Assembly: GCA_965216755.1 (NCBI GenBank)
Contig: CBDCGL010000011.1
Span: 4,640,001 to 4,704,000, forward strand
DNA from: Alphaproteobacteria bacterium
GTDB lineage: Bacteria > Pseudomonadota > Alphaproteobacteria > UBA7887
Reading direction: 5' to 3'
DNA: 64,000 nt
Shown here: positions 40,643 through 50,107 of the stretch, one piece after another
Layout of the letters: each line of letters opens with the position of its first letter
Position numbering within the stretch: the stretch's first letter is position 1
Made by a program: the position numbers and the translations under genes
Notes under the pieces: generated by a model
What the model was told of the DNA's origin: nothing
Seen by the model: the letters and a program-made list of their open reading frames with translations, nothing else
Databases searched by the model: none

Positions 40643-41842
40643 ATGGATCTAGAATTCTCCGAAAGCGATAACGCATTTCGCCAAGAGGTGCGGACGTTCA
40701 TTCGCGACAACTTGCCCGCCGATATTCGGCGCAAGATGGAAAACGATTTGGAACTGGCGCGCGACGACTATGTCACGTGGCAAAGGATTTTATATAAGCG
40801 CGGATGGATGGCGCCGAACTGGCCAGCGGAACATGGCGGTACGGGGTGGACGCCTGTTCAACGTTACATTTTCGAGCAAGAGTTGGCCTATGGCCATACG
40901 CCGCGAGTTTTGCCTTTCGGTGTATCTATGGTTGGTCCAGTTATTATTGCATTCGGCAACAATGACCAAAAAAATAGATATTTGCCTAGAATTCTGTCGA
41001 GCGATGATTGGTGGTGTCAGGGATATTCGGAACCGGGTTCGGGATCTGATTTGGCTTCACTTCGTACACGAGCTGTTCGCGACGGCAATCATTACGTTGT
41101 TAATGGCCAAAAGACGTGGACGACCCTGGCGCAATACGCCGACATGATTTTTTGTCTGGTGCGTACCGATCCGGAGGCGGCGAAACCTCAAGAAGGCATT
41201 TCGTTCTTGCTGATTGATATGCATAGTCCGGGTATCACGGTCCAACCCATCGTCACGATCGATGGCGGTCATGAAGTCAACAGCGTGTTTTTTGAAGATG
41301 TACGGGTGCCAGTGGAAAACCTTGTCGGCAAGGAAAACGCCGGCTGGTCGTATGCCAAGTTCTTGCTGAGTCATGAAAGGTTCGGAATCGCCGCCGTCGC
41401 GCGATCGGAAGTCCAAATCGAGCGGCTCAAGCACATCGCGGCCGCCGAGATGGTCGATGGCAAGCCATTGATCCAAGACCCGGCATTTCGAAAAAAGATC
41501 GCTCAAGTCGAAGTTGAACTGATGGCGCTGGAGTATACAGAGCTGCGGGCGATGGCGGCGGAAAGCGCGGGCAAGCCGCCGGGGCCGGAGGCATCGCTGC
41601 TGAAAATTCGCGGTACGGAAATCCAACAAGAGATCACAGCCCTTTTGATGGAAGCTGTCGGCAACTATGCCCAACCCTATTTGCCGGAAGCAATGCAGGA
41701 CGGCTGGAACGAGGATCCGGTGGGACCGGATTATGCGGCGCCGTTGGCCGGGCGCTATTTCAATTGGCGCAAGGCGTCGATCTACGGTGGCAGCAACGAG
41801 ATTCAGAAAAACATTATCTCGAAGATGGTGCTGGGGCTTTAA
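40643..41842 (+). CDS. Acyl-CoA dehydrogenase, PimC-like large subunit
   Basis: WCQGYSEPGSGSDLASL, KIRGTEIQQ, RKASIYGGSNEIQKNI. Confidence 0.9.
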   Translation: MDLEFSESDNAFRQEVRTFIRDNLPADIRRKMENDLELARDDYVTWQRILYKRGWMAPNWPAEHGGTGWTPVQRYIFEQELAYGHTPRVLPFGVSMVGPVIIAFGNNDQKNRYLPRILSSDDWWCQGYSEPGSGSDLASLRTRAVRDGNHYVVNGQKTWTTLAQYADMIFCLVRTDPEAAKPQEGISFLLIDMHSPGITVQPIVTIDGGHEVNSVFFEDVRVPVENLVGKENAGWSYAKFLLSHERFGIAAVARSEVQIERLKHIAAAEMVDGKPLIQDPAFRKKIAQVEVELMALEYTELRAMAAESAGKPPGPEASLLKIRGTEIQQEITALLMEAVGNYAQPYLPEAMQDGWNEDPVGPDYAAPLAGRYFNWRKASIYGGSNEIQKNIISKMVLGL

Positions 41843-41847
41843 GGCGC

Positions 41848-43002
41848 ATGGTCGATTTTACCTTCAGCGAAGAACAGAGACTTCTGAAAGAGCAAGCCGA
41901 CCGATATGTGCGGGACGAGTATACGTTTGAACGTCGGCGCGCTGCGGTCGCGACTGATGACGGATTCGATCGTGAACGCTGGCGTACCTTCGCCGATCTC
42001 GGGTGGCTGGCCTTGCCGCTTCCCGAGGCCCATGGCGGCCTCAACGGCAGCGCCGTCGACGTCATGGTGCTTATGGAGTCTTTTGGTCGCGGTTTGGTGG
42101 TCGAGCCCTATATGCCGACGGTTATTCTAGGCGCGGGCCTCGTGGCGGCAGGGGCGTGCAAAGAACTATGTAATGAGGTCTTGCCAGCGGTCGCGACCGG
42201 CGAAATGCTGCTGGCATTCGCACAGGTGGAACCGAAATCACGCTTCAACCTCAACCACGTCGAAACGCAGGCTGGCGCCGATGGCGCCGGTTACCGACTC
42301 GCTGGGCACAAGGGCGTTGTTGGCCACGGCGGCTCAGCAGACAAGTACGTCGTGTCGGCGCGAACCGGCGGCAATGCGGCCGATCGGGATGGAATCACCC
42401 TGTTCCTCGTCGACAGACAGGCCGACGGCATATCGGTGCGCGACTATCGAACCATCGATGGGCACCGTGCCGCGGAAGTGACGTTCGACAAAGTCCGCGT
42501 TGGCGCCGAACACGTGATTGGCGAGGTGGGTCGAGGGTTGCCTTTGATCGAAACGGCCGTCGACCGTGCCATTGTGGCGATGTGCGCGGAGGGCGTCGGA
42601 ATCATGGATGCGTTGCGGGAAGCGACGCTTGAATATCTGGGCACCCGCGAACAGTTCGGCCAACCATTGGGTCGTTTTCAGGCGTTGCAGCACCGCGCCG
42701 TCGATATGTTCGTCGCATGCGAAGAGCTCCGATCGATGACCATGATGGCGTCGGCGGTGGTGGCCAACGGCGGCGCGGAGGCGGTGCGCGCCGTATCGGC
42801 AGCGAAGGTTCACCTTGGACAAGGCGGCCGGCTGGTTGGTGAAGAGGCTGTCCAAATGCATGGCGGCATGGGCGTGACGGACGAGCTCATCGTCGGACAT
42901 TATTTTAAACGTTTAACTATGCTGAACGTGGCATTCGGCAATGTGGATCATCACTTGGCGCGCTTTGCGGCGCTCGAGTCAAACGATGAGGAGGGACGCT
43001 AG
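41848..43002 (+). CDS. Acyl-CoA dehydrogenase, PimD-like small subunit
   Basis: DFTFSEEQ, REQFGQPLGRFQALQHR, QMHGGMGVTDE. Directly follows the PimC-like gene. Confidence 0.9.
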   Translation: MVDFTFSEEQRLLKEQADRYVRDEYTFERRRAAVATDDGFDRERWRTFADLGWLALPLPEAHGGLNGSAVDVMVLMESFGRGLVVEPYMPTVILGAGLVAAGACKELCNEVLPAVATGEMLLAFAQVEPKSRFNLNHVETQAGADGAGYRLAGHKGVVGHGGSADKYVVSARTGGNAADRDGITLFLVDRQADGISVRDYRTIDGHRAAEVTFDKVRVGAEHVIGEVGRGLPLIETAVDRAIVAMCAEGVGIMDALREATLEYLGTREQFGQPLGRFQALQHRAVDMFVACEELRSMTMMASAVVANGGAEAVRAVSAAKVHLGQGGRLVGEEAVQMHGGMGVTDELIVGHYFKRLTMLNVAFGNVDHHLARFAALESNDEEGR

Positions 43003-43004
43003 CC

Positions 43005-43778
43005 ATGGCGCAAAGTGGAATGTTCGATCTGTCGGGCAAGGTTGCCGCGATCACGGGTTCGAGCCGCGGCATTGGTCGGGCGATTGCGGAGGCGATGGCT
43101 GCCCAAGGCGCCAAGGTGGTTGTATCAAGCCGCAAGCCCGAGGCCTGTGACGATGTGGCGAATGGCATTCGGGAGTCTGGCGGCGAAGCGGCAGTGATCC
43201 CATGCAACATAAGCCATTTGGAACAACTCGATGGATTCGTCGAAAAGGCTAAGGATCATTTCGGTCAGATCGACATTTTGGTCTGCAACGCCGCCGTTAA
43301 TCCCTATTTTGGCTCGCTGGCGGAGTTGCCGGAGTCCGCGTATGACAAAGTGATGAGCACCAATGTCAAAAGCAATCTTTGGCTCTGCAACAAAGTGATT
43401 CCCGACATGGCCGAACGGGGCGACGGCGTCGTGATTATCGTGTCGTCCATCGCCGCCTTTGGTGGGTCGCAAAAGCTGGGCGTCTACGGGCTGTCGAAAG
43501 CCGCCGATGTGTCTCTTGCGCAGAATTTGGCGGTGGAATGGGGACCCCGCAACATCCGTGTCAATTGCATCAACCCGGGGCTGATTCGCACGGACTTCTC
43601 GCGCGCGCTTTGGCAAGATCCCGAAACCTACGAGGAAACGGTCAAGCTTTATCCCTTGCGCCGGATCGGCGAACCGGACGAGATCGCTGGCGCCGCCGTT
43701 TTTTTGGCCTCGAAAGCGGGGAGCTTTATGACGGGTCAGACAATCGTCATTGACGGCGGCGGCATGGCGACTTTGTAG
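43005..43778 (+). CDS. Short-chain dehydrogenase/reductase (DHRS4-like)
   Basis: TGSSRGIG, CNAAVNPYFG, YGLSKAA. Confidence 0.92.
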   Translation: MAQSGMFDLSGKVAAITGSSRGIGRAIAEAMAAQGAKVVVSSRKPEACDDVANGIRESGGEAAVIPCNISHLEQLDGFVEKAKDHFGQIDILVCNAAVNPYFGSLAELPESAYDKVMSTNVKSNLWLCNKVIPDMAERGDGVVIIVSSIAAFGGSQKLGVYGLSKAADVSLAQNLAVEWGPRNIRVNCINPGLIRTDFSRALWQDPETYEETVKLYPLRRIGEPDEIAGAAVFLASKAGSFMTGQTIVIDGGGMATL

Positions 43779-43795
43779 GCGGGAATCGTTCTTTC

Positions 43796-43984
43796 GTGTC
43801 GGATGTTTTGTCACCGTGCGTTGCCGTATGCCGTCTTCATCCGCAAACGATGCGGTGCGAGGGATGCGGGCGCACAATGACTGAAATTGCCGAGTGGTTG
43901 ACGTATTCGGACGACGAGAAACGGCGCATCATTGCCGATCTCACCAAACGACGCGCGCGGCCGGCCACAAACGATCAATCCTAA
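43796..43984 (+). CDS. DUF1289 family small Cys-rich protein
   Basis: SPCVAVC...CEGCGRT..EIAEW pattern. Confidence 0.8.
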   Translation: MSDVLSPCVAVCRLHPQTMRCEGCGRTMTEIAEWLTYSDDEKRRIIADLTKRRARPATNDQS

Positions 43985-44037
43985 CGACTTCGGGCGAATG
44001 CGTTCGATCGGCAATCAGTAAGTCGGGGAGGGACCAC

Positions 44038-45768
44038 GTGGCAGATCAACCAAAAGGCATCCGGCGCGGTTTGACCCATTACGGCGACGCCGGGTTCTCG
44101 CTATTCCTGCGCAAGAGCTTTGCCAAGTCGATGGGGTTGTCTGACGATGCGTTGGACCGTCCAATTATCGGCATCATCGACACAGAAAGCGGCTTCAACA
44201 ATTGCCACCGAACGGTGCCGAACCTGGTCGCGGCTGTCGAACGGGGCGTCATGTTCGCCGGCGGGCTCCCAGTCGTTTTTCCAACGATTTCGCTGGGCGA
44301 GCCGTATCTATCACCGACCAGCATGTTGCTGCGCAATTTGATGGCGATGGACACCGAAGAGATGGTGCGCGCGCAGCCGATGGATGCGGTCGTGATGATC
44401 GGCGGTTGCGACAAAACAGTTCCGGCGCAATTGATGGCCGCGGCAAGTGCCGGAGTACCGGCGATTGCCGTGGTCACCGGGCCCATGCTGACGGGCAGTT
44501 GGCGTGGCGAGCGGCTTGGCGCATGTACGGATTGCCGTCGGCAATGGGGGCGGTATCGCGCCGGTCAATTGAACGAGGTGGAGATCGAAGAGGTTGGCGG
44601 TCAATTGTCGACGACGGCCGGAACCTGCATGGTGATGGGTACGGCCAGCACGATGGCCCTGATGACTGAGGCACTGGGGATGATGCTGCCCGGCGGTGCC
44701 GCCATCCCGGCGGTCCATGCCGATCGGCTGCGACACGCGGAAGCGGCAGGCGCCCGCGCGGTCGCCATGGTTGGTGAGCAACTTACGCCGAACAGGGTCT
44801 TGACCGCGGCGGCGTTCAGCAATGCATTTCGGGTGTTGTTGGCAACCGGCGGTTCGACCAACGGATTGGTGCACATGGCGGCCGTTGCGGGACGCGCTGG
44901 AATCGCTTTGGATTTGGATGCCTTTGACCGCATGAGCCGCGAGACGCCGGTTCTGGTCGACCTCAAGCCGTCCGGCCAGCACTATATGGAAGATCTCCAC
45001 AAGGCCGGCGGCTTGACGCCGATCTTGCGCGAGTTGCGGCCTCTGCTCAATCTCGGCTGTTTGACCGTATCGGGTGAAACACTGGGCGCTGTTTTGGATG
45101 CTGCACCCGCAGCATGGCAACAAGACGTCGTGTGCCCCATGGACTCACCGCTGACGGCCGAGGGCGGGATAGCGGTTCTCAAAGGCTCTTTGGCGCCCGA
45201 GACAGCAATCATCAAACAATCCGCGGCAAGCCAGGCCCTGCTCCACCATGAAGGGCGAGCGCTCGTGTTTGAATCTTTGGAGGACATGGCCCAGCGCATC
45301 GATGATCCGGACCTGGACGTGGCCGCGGATGATGTATTGGTCTTGCGCAACGCGGGGCCAAAGGGCGCGCCAGGCATGCCCGAATCTGGCTACATACCGA
45401 TTCCCAAAAAACTAGCCCAGCAAGGTGTTACCGACATGGTGCGCATTTCCGATGCGCGCATGAGCGGGACCGCGTTCGGTACCATCGTCTTGCATGTTTG
45501 TCCGGAAGCGGCGATCGGCGGACCCCTGGCGTTGGTGCAGACGGGCGATCGGATACGCCTAAACGTCGAAGCGCGCCAGCTTGACCTTCTCGTCGACAAC
45601 GCCGAATTGGACAGCCGCCGCACCCATTGGCGTCCACCGCCGGCGCATTCGGGTAGCGATCGAGGCTATCTCAAATTGTTTCTCGATCACGTCGAGCAGG
45701 CGAATATGGGTTGCGACTTCGACTTCATGAAGCCCGCGGACATTTCGGGTCGAACGCCAACCTGCTGA
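44038..45768 (+). CDS. IlvD/Edd family dehydratase (probably sugar-acid dehydratase)
   Basis: FNNCH, GGCDKT, GTCMVMGTASTM, GPKGAPGMPE, SDARMSGT. GGGAGG SD before GTG. Confidence 0.92.
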   Translation: MADQPKGIRRGLTHYGDAGFSLFLRKSFAKSMGLSDDALDRPIIGIIDTESGFNNCHRTVPNLVAAVERGVMFAGGLPVVFPTISLGEPYLSPTSMLLRNLMAMDTEEMVRAQPMDAVVMIGGCDKTVPAQLMAAASAGVPAIAVVTGPMLTGSWRGERLGACTDCRRQWGRYRAGQLNEVEIEEVGGQLSTTAGTCMVMGTASTMALMTEALGMMLPGGAAIPAVHADRLRHAEAAGARAVAMVGEQLTPNRVLTAAAFSNAFRVLLATGGSTNGLVHMAAVAGRAGIALDLDAFDRMSRETPVLVDLKPSGQHYMEDLHKAGGLTPILRELRPLLNLGCLTVSGETLGAVLDAAPAAWQQDVVCPMDSPLTAEGGIAVLKGSLAPETAIIKQSAASQALLHHEGRALVFESLEDMAQRIDDPDLDVAADDVLVLRNAGPKGAPGMPESGYIPIPKKLAQQGVTDMVRISDARMSGTAFGTIVLHVCPEAAIGGPLALVQTGDRIRLNVEARQLDLLVDNAELDSRRTHWRPPPAHSGSDRGYLKLFLDHVEQANMGCDFDFMKPADISGRTPTC

Positions 45769-45775
45769 TAGTTTG

Positions 45776-46174
45776 CTAGGCCGTCCCCGCTGATTTCTCG
45801 GCGGGTAGGTCGAAGTTCAACTCGATTTTGACTCCGTTCGGATCAGTGAAAAACAACTGGTAGAATTTGTCGTCGGGCGTTGTTTGTTCCTGAAATCGGA
45901 CACCGTTTTCTTCCAGCCGCCTGCGCGTCTCGACGATATTGCGCGCCTTCAAGGCAAAGTGGTCAAAGGGCAACGTGTTTGACGGCTCTTCGCCGCTTCG
46001 TGCCACGACCAAGTGGACCACGGCACGATCGCCGAGCGCGAGCCAAGCGCCTCCAAACGAAAACGGCGGTCGGAAATCCGCGACATTCATATCCAGTAGC
46101 TGTGTGTAAAAGGATACCGACGCGTCGAGGTCGCGGGTGACGACGGTGACGTGATCGAGTGATTCGATGGCCAT
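45776..46174 (-). CDS. VOC/glyoxalase family protein
   Basis: LDHVTV, FYTQLL, FDHFAL, QLFFTDPNGVKIELNF. Confidence 0.88.
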   Translation of the reverse strand: MAIESLDHVTVVTRDLDASVSFYTQLLDMNVADFRPPFSFGGAWLALGDRAVVHLVVARSGEEPSNTLPFDHFALKARNIVETRRRLEENGVRFQEQTTPDDKFYQLFFTDPNGVKIELNFDLPAEKSAGTA

Positions 46175-46191
46175 GTCATGCCATTCCTTTG

Positions 46192-47391
46192 CTAGGATTT
46201 TGATGCCAAAAGACCGCGCGCAGCCAAGTTGCGCATGAGCGCGCCGCAACCGAACGACCACGGTTCGATCCTATCGCAACGGTCGATGCGGTTGACCAAT
46301 GCGCCGAGCGGTGGCGAAGCGATCGTAACGATGTCGCCAATATGATGCGTAAATCCTTGGCCTTTTTCGCCACGGTCTTGGGTCGGGGCAAACATCGTGC
46401 CGGTCATCAGGACCAATCCGTCGGGATATTGATGATTGGGATTGATCGTTTGGCTGGCCAGGTCTTCGACATCGCGGCTGATCAAACCCAAATTCGATAC
46501 ACCAGCCAACGAGAACTGGTCATCTCCCATCACGGCGAGACTGACCTCAACGCGTCTCAGATCGTCCAGGCCGAACGTTTGGTCAAACAGGCGAATGAAG
46601 GGACCAATCGCGCACGACGCATTGTTGTCCTTGGCTCGGCCGAGCAGCAATGCACTTCTGCCCTCGATATCGCGCAAATTGACATCGTTGCCGAGTGTTG
46701 CGCCGACAATCTGCCCACGCCCATTGATCACCAAAACGGCTTCTGGCTCTGGATTGTTCCACGATGAATGTTCCGGCACGCCAATTTCCGCGCCCACGCC
46801 GACCGCCGCCATCGGTTGTGACTTGGTGAACACCTCAGCAAATGGCCCGATACCAACTTCCAAATAGGGCGACCAAAGGTTCCGGGAAACGAGCGTTTCC
46901 TTGAACCGCTCGGCTTCCGGCGATCCAGGGCGGATCCCTGACAGGTCTGACCCAATCTCTTTCGCGATGGTCTCGCGAACGCTTTGCGCGCCGGCGGGAT
47001 CACCCTTGGCCAATTCTTCGACGACGCGTTCGATGAGGCTATCCAGAAAAGTGACTCCGGCGGCCTTGATCGACTGCAAATCGATCGGTGTCAGGAACCA
47101 GGGTCGCGCTGGATCCCGGCGGTCGATGGCCGAATTCGCAATGATCTCGTCGAGGCCGCCGATGCGAAAAGTCTCGGTCGTGTTCGCCACGGCAAATGAC
47201 GGGTTCTCGGCGTTCATCAAGTCAGCGCAGGTCGGGAAGGCGCCGGATATGTCATATACGCCATGGTCGGTGACGACGACCACGCATGGGCCGCCGATAC
47301 CGCGATCGTCCGGCACCCAGGCGCGTCCAATCAAGGTACCTCGGCAGCCGTCGTCCGGCATCACGATTTCTCTGTCGAGTTCAAATTGCAT
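46192..47391 (-). CDS. FAH-family protein (XylX-like 2-keto-3-deoxypentonate dehydratase type)
   Basis: KAAGVTF, WNNPEPE, GNDVNLRDIEGRSALLLGRAKDNNAS, TGTMFAP. Confidence 0.88.
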   Translation of the reverse strand: MQFELDREIVMPDDGCRGTLIGRAWVPDDRGIGGPCVVVVTDHGVYDISGAFPTCADLMNAENPSFAVANTTETFRIGGLDEIIANSAIDRRDPARPWFLTPIDLQSIKAAGVTFLDSLIERVVEELAKGDPAGAQSVRETIAKEIGSDLSGIRPGSPEAERFKETLVSRNLWSPYLEVGIGPFAEVFTKSQPMAAVGVGAEIGVPEHSSWNNPEPEAVLVINGRGQIVGATLGNDVNLRDIEGRSALLLGRAKDNNASCAIGPFIRLFDQTFGLDDLRRVEVSLAVMGDDQFSLAGVSNLGLISRDVEDLASQTINPNHQYPDGLVLMTGTMFAPTQDRGEKGQGFTHHIGDIVTIASPPLGALVNRIDRCDRIEPWSFGCGALMRNLAARGLLASKS

Positions 47392-47520
47392 GCAATGACC
47401 CCAGCCCAGTGGCGATTAACGGCACGTTGACGATCCCTGAACGATAGTGTTCCAAATCGACCGTGTCGACAACGCCTCGTCACGGGATTATCGGTGAATC
47501 AAACCCAGAGGAGAAGCCGG

Positions 47521-48063
47521 ATGCCCTGCGCCGTGGGATCCAGTTTCGATGTGGCGATCTGGTTCATGGAGCGCGCCGACTCCCAAGGCAAGCGCGTCAC
47601 ACCACTGCGTCTGCAACGCCTTTTGTTCTTGGCCCAGGCTTATTTTGCTGCGGCGAGCGGCGGCAACATGCTGATGCCGTCGGTCTTTGTCTCGCACCCT
47701 CAGGGGCCCATCGATCCGAATCTGTTTAGGGTGTCTGAAATGTGTTTCTCGGCGCTTGAGACCGATCCTCTGCCGCCGCCAGTTTCCCGATTCCTCAACG
47801 GTATTTGGGACACATTCGGCCAACAGTCAGATGGCCGTCTTGACGGTCTGGTCTTGAACGCCATGCCGGTTCGCGAAGCCATGGACCAGGGGCCAAACAT
47901 CGAGATAGAGCTGGTGACCTTGTTCGAGTATTTCAGCGCCGTTAACCGGGAGAATCGGGTTGTTCAAACCGAAAGGACCAGCTCGGCCACGCCGATACCG
48001 CGGTTCCACAAGGGGCGCCCGGTCAAGAAATGGATGCCGCGCAAGCAAGCGCCCACCGCTTGA
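47521..48063 (+). CDS. Panacea/SocA-like (DUF4065) domain protein
   Basis: FDVAIWF...TPLRLQRLLFLAQAYF...GP pattern resembles DUF4065. GAGGAG SD. Confidence 0.65.
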   Translation: MPCAVGSSFDVAIWFMERADSQGKRVTPLRLQRLLFLAQAYFAAASGGNMLMPSVFVSHPQGPIDPNLFRVSEMCFSALETDPLPPPVSRFLNGIWDTFGQQSDGRLDGLVLNAMPVREAMDQGPNIEIELVTLFEYFSAVNRENRVVQTERTSSATPIPRFHKGRPVKKWMPRKQAPTA

Positions 48064-48097
48064 ATCGATGCGCATGCGTTGTCAATAGCGGAAGCAG

Positions 48098-49792
48098 TCA
48101 GGCGTAATGTGCGACCAGATACAATCCCAGCAACGCCGCAATCCACGCGACCGTCGAGCCCGTCGGCCACGTGCGCGCCAGTATGCCGTGCGGGCCATGA
48201 TGACGATAGATACGGGCGATGGTGCGCTGCGTGCTGTTCACCAGGGCGCCCGTGGTTTCGGCCCAACCGCCGCCGGCCAGACGCCCGATCGCGCCAACGA
48301 CGCGGCGTCCCAATCGGCGATAGAACCAATCGCTGTCGAGATTGATGAGCGGTAGTTCCGGCGGATAAAGACCGGACAACATCAGGGTGGCGAAGGCGAG
48401 GGCCGAGAAAAATAGAAGTTGGGTCTGCGTGATGACGTGGGTGGTCGTATAGGGTTCGTAGGCGACCTCCCACGGAAGCAGGCTATACAATACCCATGGA
48501 TAGGCGCCATTAAAGACGCAGATGAATGCCGCGATACCCATCGCGACCAACATATTGAGCGGCGGCTCGGTGGTTCGAATGCCGGAATCGTGGGCAAAGA
48601 AAGCGAAATAGGGGATTTTGATCCCGGCATGGTGGAACACGCCGGCGGAGGCGAACAGAAGTGCCAGGAAAACGATGACATAGCCTTCTTCTGCCGCTGC
48701 CGTCATCACCATCGACTTGCTGACAAAGCCGCTAAACAATGGAAACGCAGAGATCGACGCCGCGCCGACGATACAAAAGGTCGCCGTAATCGGCATTGAC
48801 TTGAACAGGCCGCCAAGGTCCGAGCCATTGATGCGTCCCGTCATATGCAGAACCGCGCCCATGGTCATGAATAGCAGGCCCTTAAACACGACATCGTTGA
48901 AGGCATGACTAACTGCGCCATTGAGGGCGAGCTCGGTGCCGATGCCGATGCCGACGACCATGAAGCCAACCTGGTTGATCAAGCTGTAAGCGAGGACCCG
49001 GCGCAAATCATTTTCGATCACGGCGAAAAAGATCGGAAACATCGCCATGGCTGTGCCGATATAGATCAGCGGTTCGGCGCCAGGATAGCCGCGGCAAAGC
49101 GCATACACTGCGACTTTGGTCGTGAAGGCACTCAAGACGACCGTACCGGTCGGCGTGGCTTCGGGGTAGGCATCGGTGAGCCACGTATGAAGAAACGGCC
49201 AGGCACATTTGATGCCGAAGGCGAAAAAGATCAGTTTGGCGCCCAACCCGCCATCCAGGCCCAAATAGTCAAAGGTGGTCGAACCGGTTTCGGCGACATG
49301 GGCGATGGCGCCTGCCAATAGGATCACACCTGATATGACCTGAACGATCAGGTAACGCATGCCGGCGCGATTTGCGCGCTCGGTCCCGCGCGCCCAGACC
49401 AGAAAGACCGATGAAATTGCCATGATTTCCCAAAACACAAACAGGGAAATCAGATCACCCGAAAAGACGGCACCAAGCGCGCCGCCGGCGTATATGAGAG
49501 TCGTGGAATGCTGAAGCGCACCTTTAACATGCCACGCGAACACAATCCCCAAGATCGCCGCGACATGAAACAGCAAGCCAAATAGCATGCTCAGCTTGTC
49601 TACGCGGCCCAACACCAAGTCATACACGAAAAGGTTAATCTGCCAGTGGCTGCCGTGATCCAGCTGAACAACGTTTGCCAGGCCGACCAACGCGACGAAC
49701 AGCGCCCAAACCGGGCGCATGCGGTCGCCGAAAAGCGGCAATGCAAGCGCGCCGACCACAAAAATCAGAAACGGAGGCATCGCGCCGATCAT
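48098..49792 (-). CDS. Mrp antiporter subunit D/A-like membrane protein
   Basis: FVFWEIM, KCAWPFLHTWLTDAYPEA, RRVLAYS, HAFNDVVFKGLLF. Confidence 0.88.
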   Translation of the reverse strand: MIGAMPPFLIFVVGALALPLFGDRMRPVWALFVALVGLANVVQLDHGSHWQINLFVYDLVLGRVDKLSMLFGLLFHVAAILGIVFAWHVKGALQHSTTLIYAGGALGAVFSGDLISLFVFWEIMAISSVFLVWARGTERANRAGMRYLIVQVISGVILLAGAIAHVAETGSTTFDYLGLDGGLGAKLIFFAFGIKCAWPFLHTWLTDAYPEATPTGTVVLSAFTTKVAVYALCRGYPGAEPLIYIGTAMAMFPIFFAVIENDLRRVLAYSLINQVGFMVVGIGIGTELALNGAVSHAFNDVVFKGLLFMTMGAVLHMTGRINGSDLGGLFKSMPITATFCIVGAASISAFPLFSGFVSKSMVMTAAAEEGYVIVFLALLFASAGVFHHAGIKIPYFAFFAHDSGIRTTEPPLNMLVAMGIAAFICVFNGAYPWVLYSLLPWEVAYEPYTTTHVITQTQLLFFSALAFATLMLSGLYPPELPLINLDSDWFYRRLGRRVVGAIGRLAGGGWAETTGALVNSTQRTIARIYRHHGPHGILARTWPTGSTVAWIAALLGLYLVAHYA

Positions 49793-49795
49793 CGC

Positions 49796-50098
49796 CTAAC
49801 GCTCCTGGCCAGCGTCGTCGCCATCTTCGTCGTCGCCATAATAGTCATGCGGGCGGCTAACCCACTTGCGCAGCTCCTTGGCAGCGAGGACGAGAAGGAC
49901 GCAGGCGACGAACCCATAAATGCCGTAGAAACCGAACCAGCCTTCGAATGGCAAGATCGTGTGTTTGTGATAGAACAGATCAAGCAGGAACAGCACCGCG
50001 CAAGCAACATAGAACCAGATCAGCAGTTTGCGCACATTGCGCATGTTATCGAGCCAGTGGTTATCTTGATGATTATTGCTGTGGCTTTGGTCCGACAT
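49796..50098 (-). CDS. Small two-TM protein within the Mrp operon
   Basis: HWLD...GFYGIYGFVACVLLVLAAKELRK..RPHDYY. Tightly coupled between two MrpD-like genes. Confidence 0.75.
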   Translation of the reverse strand: MSDQSHSNNHQDNHWLDNMRNVRKLLIWFYVACAVLFLLDLFYHKHTILPFEGWFGFYGIYGFVACVLLVLAAKELRKWVSRPHDYYGDDEDGDDAGQER

Positions 50099-50107
50099 GG
50101 CGCCCCC

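Noticed and set aside
45765-45779. CTGATAGTTTGCTAG resembles the IS end at 63080
   Set aside because: It is built from the stop codons of two convergent genes and no transposase sequence is nearby, so it is probably coincidence.
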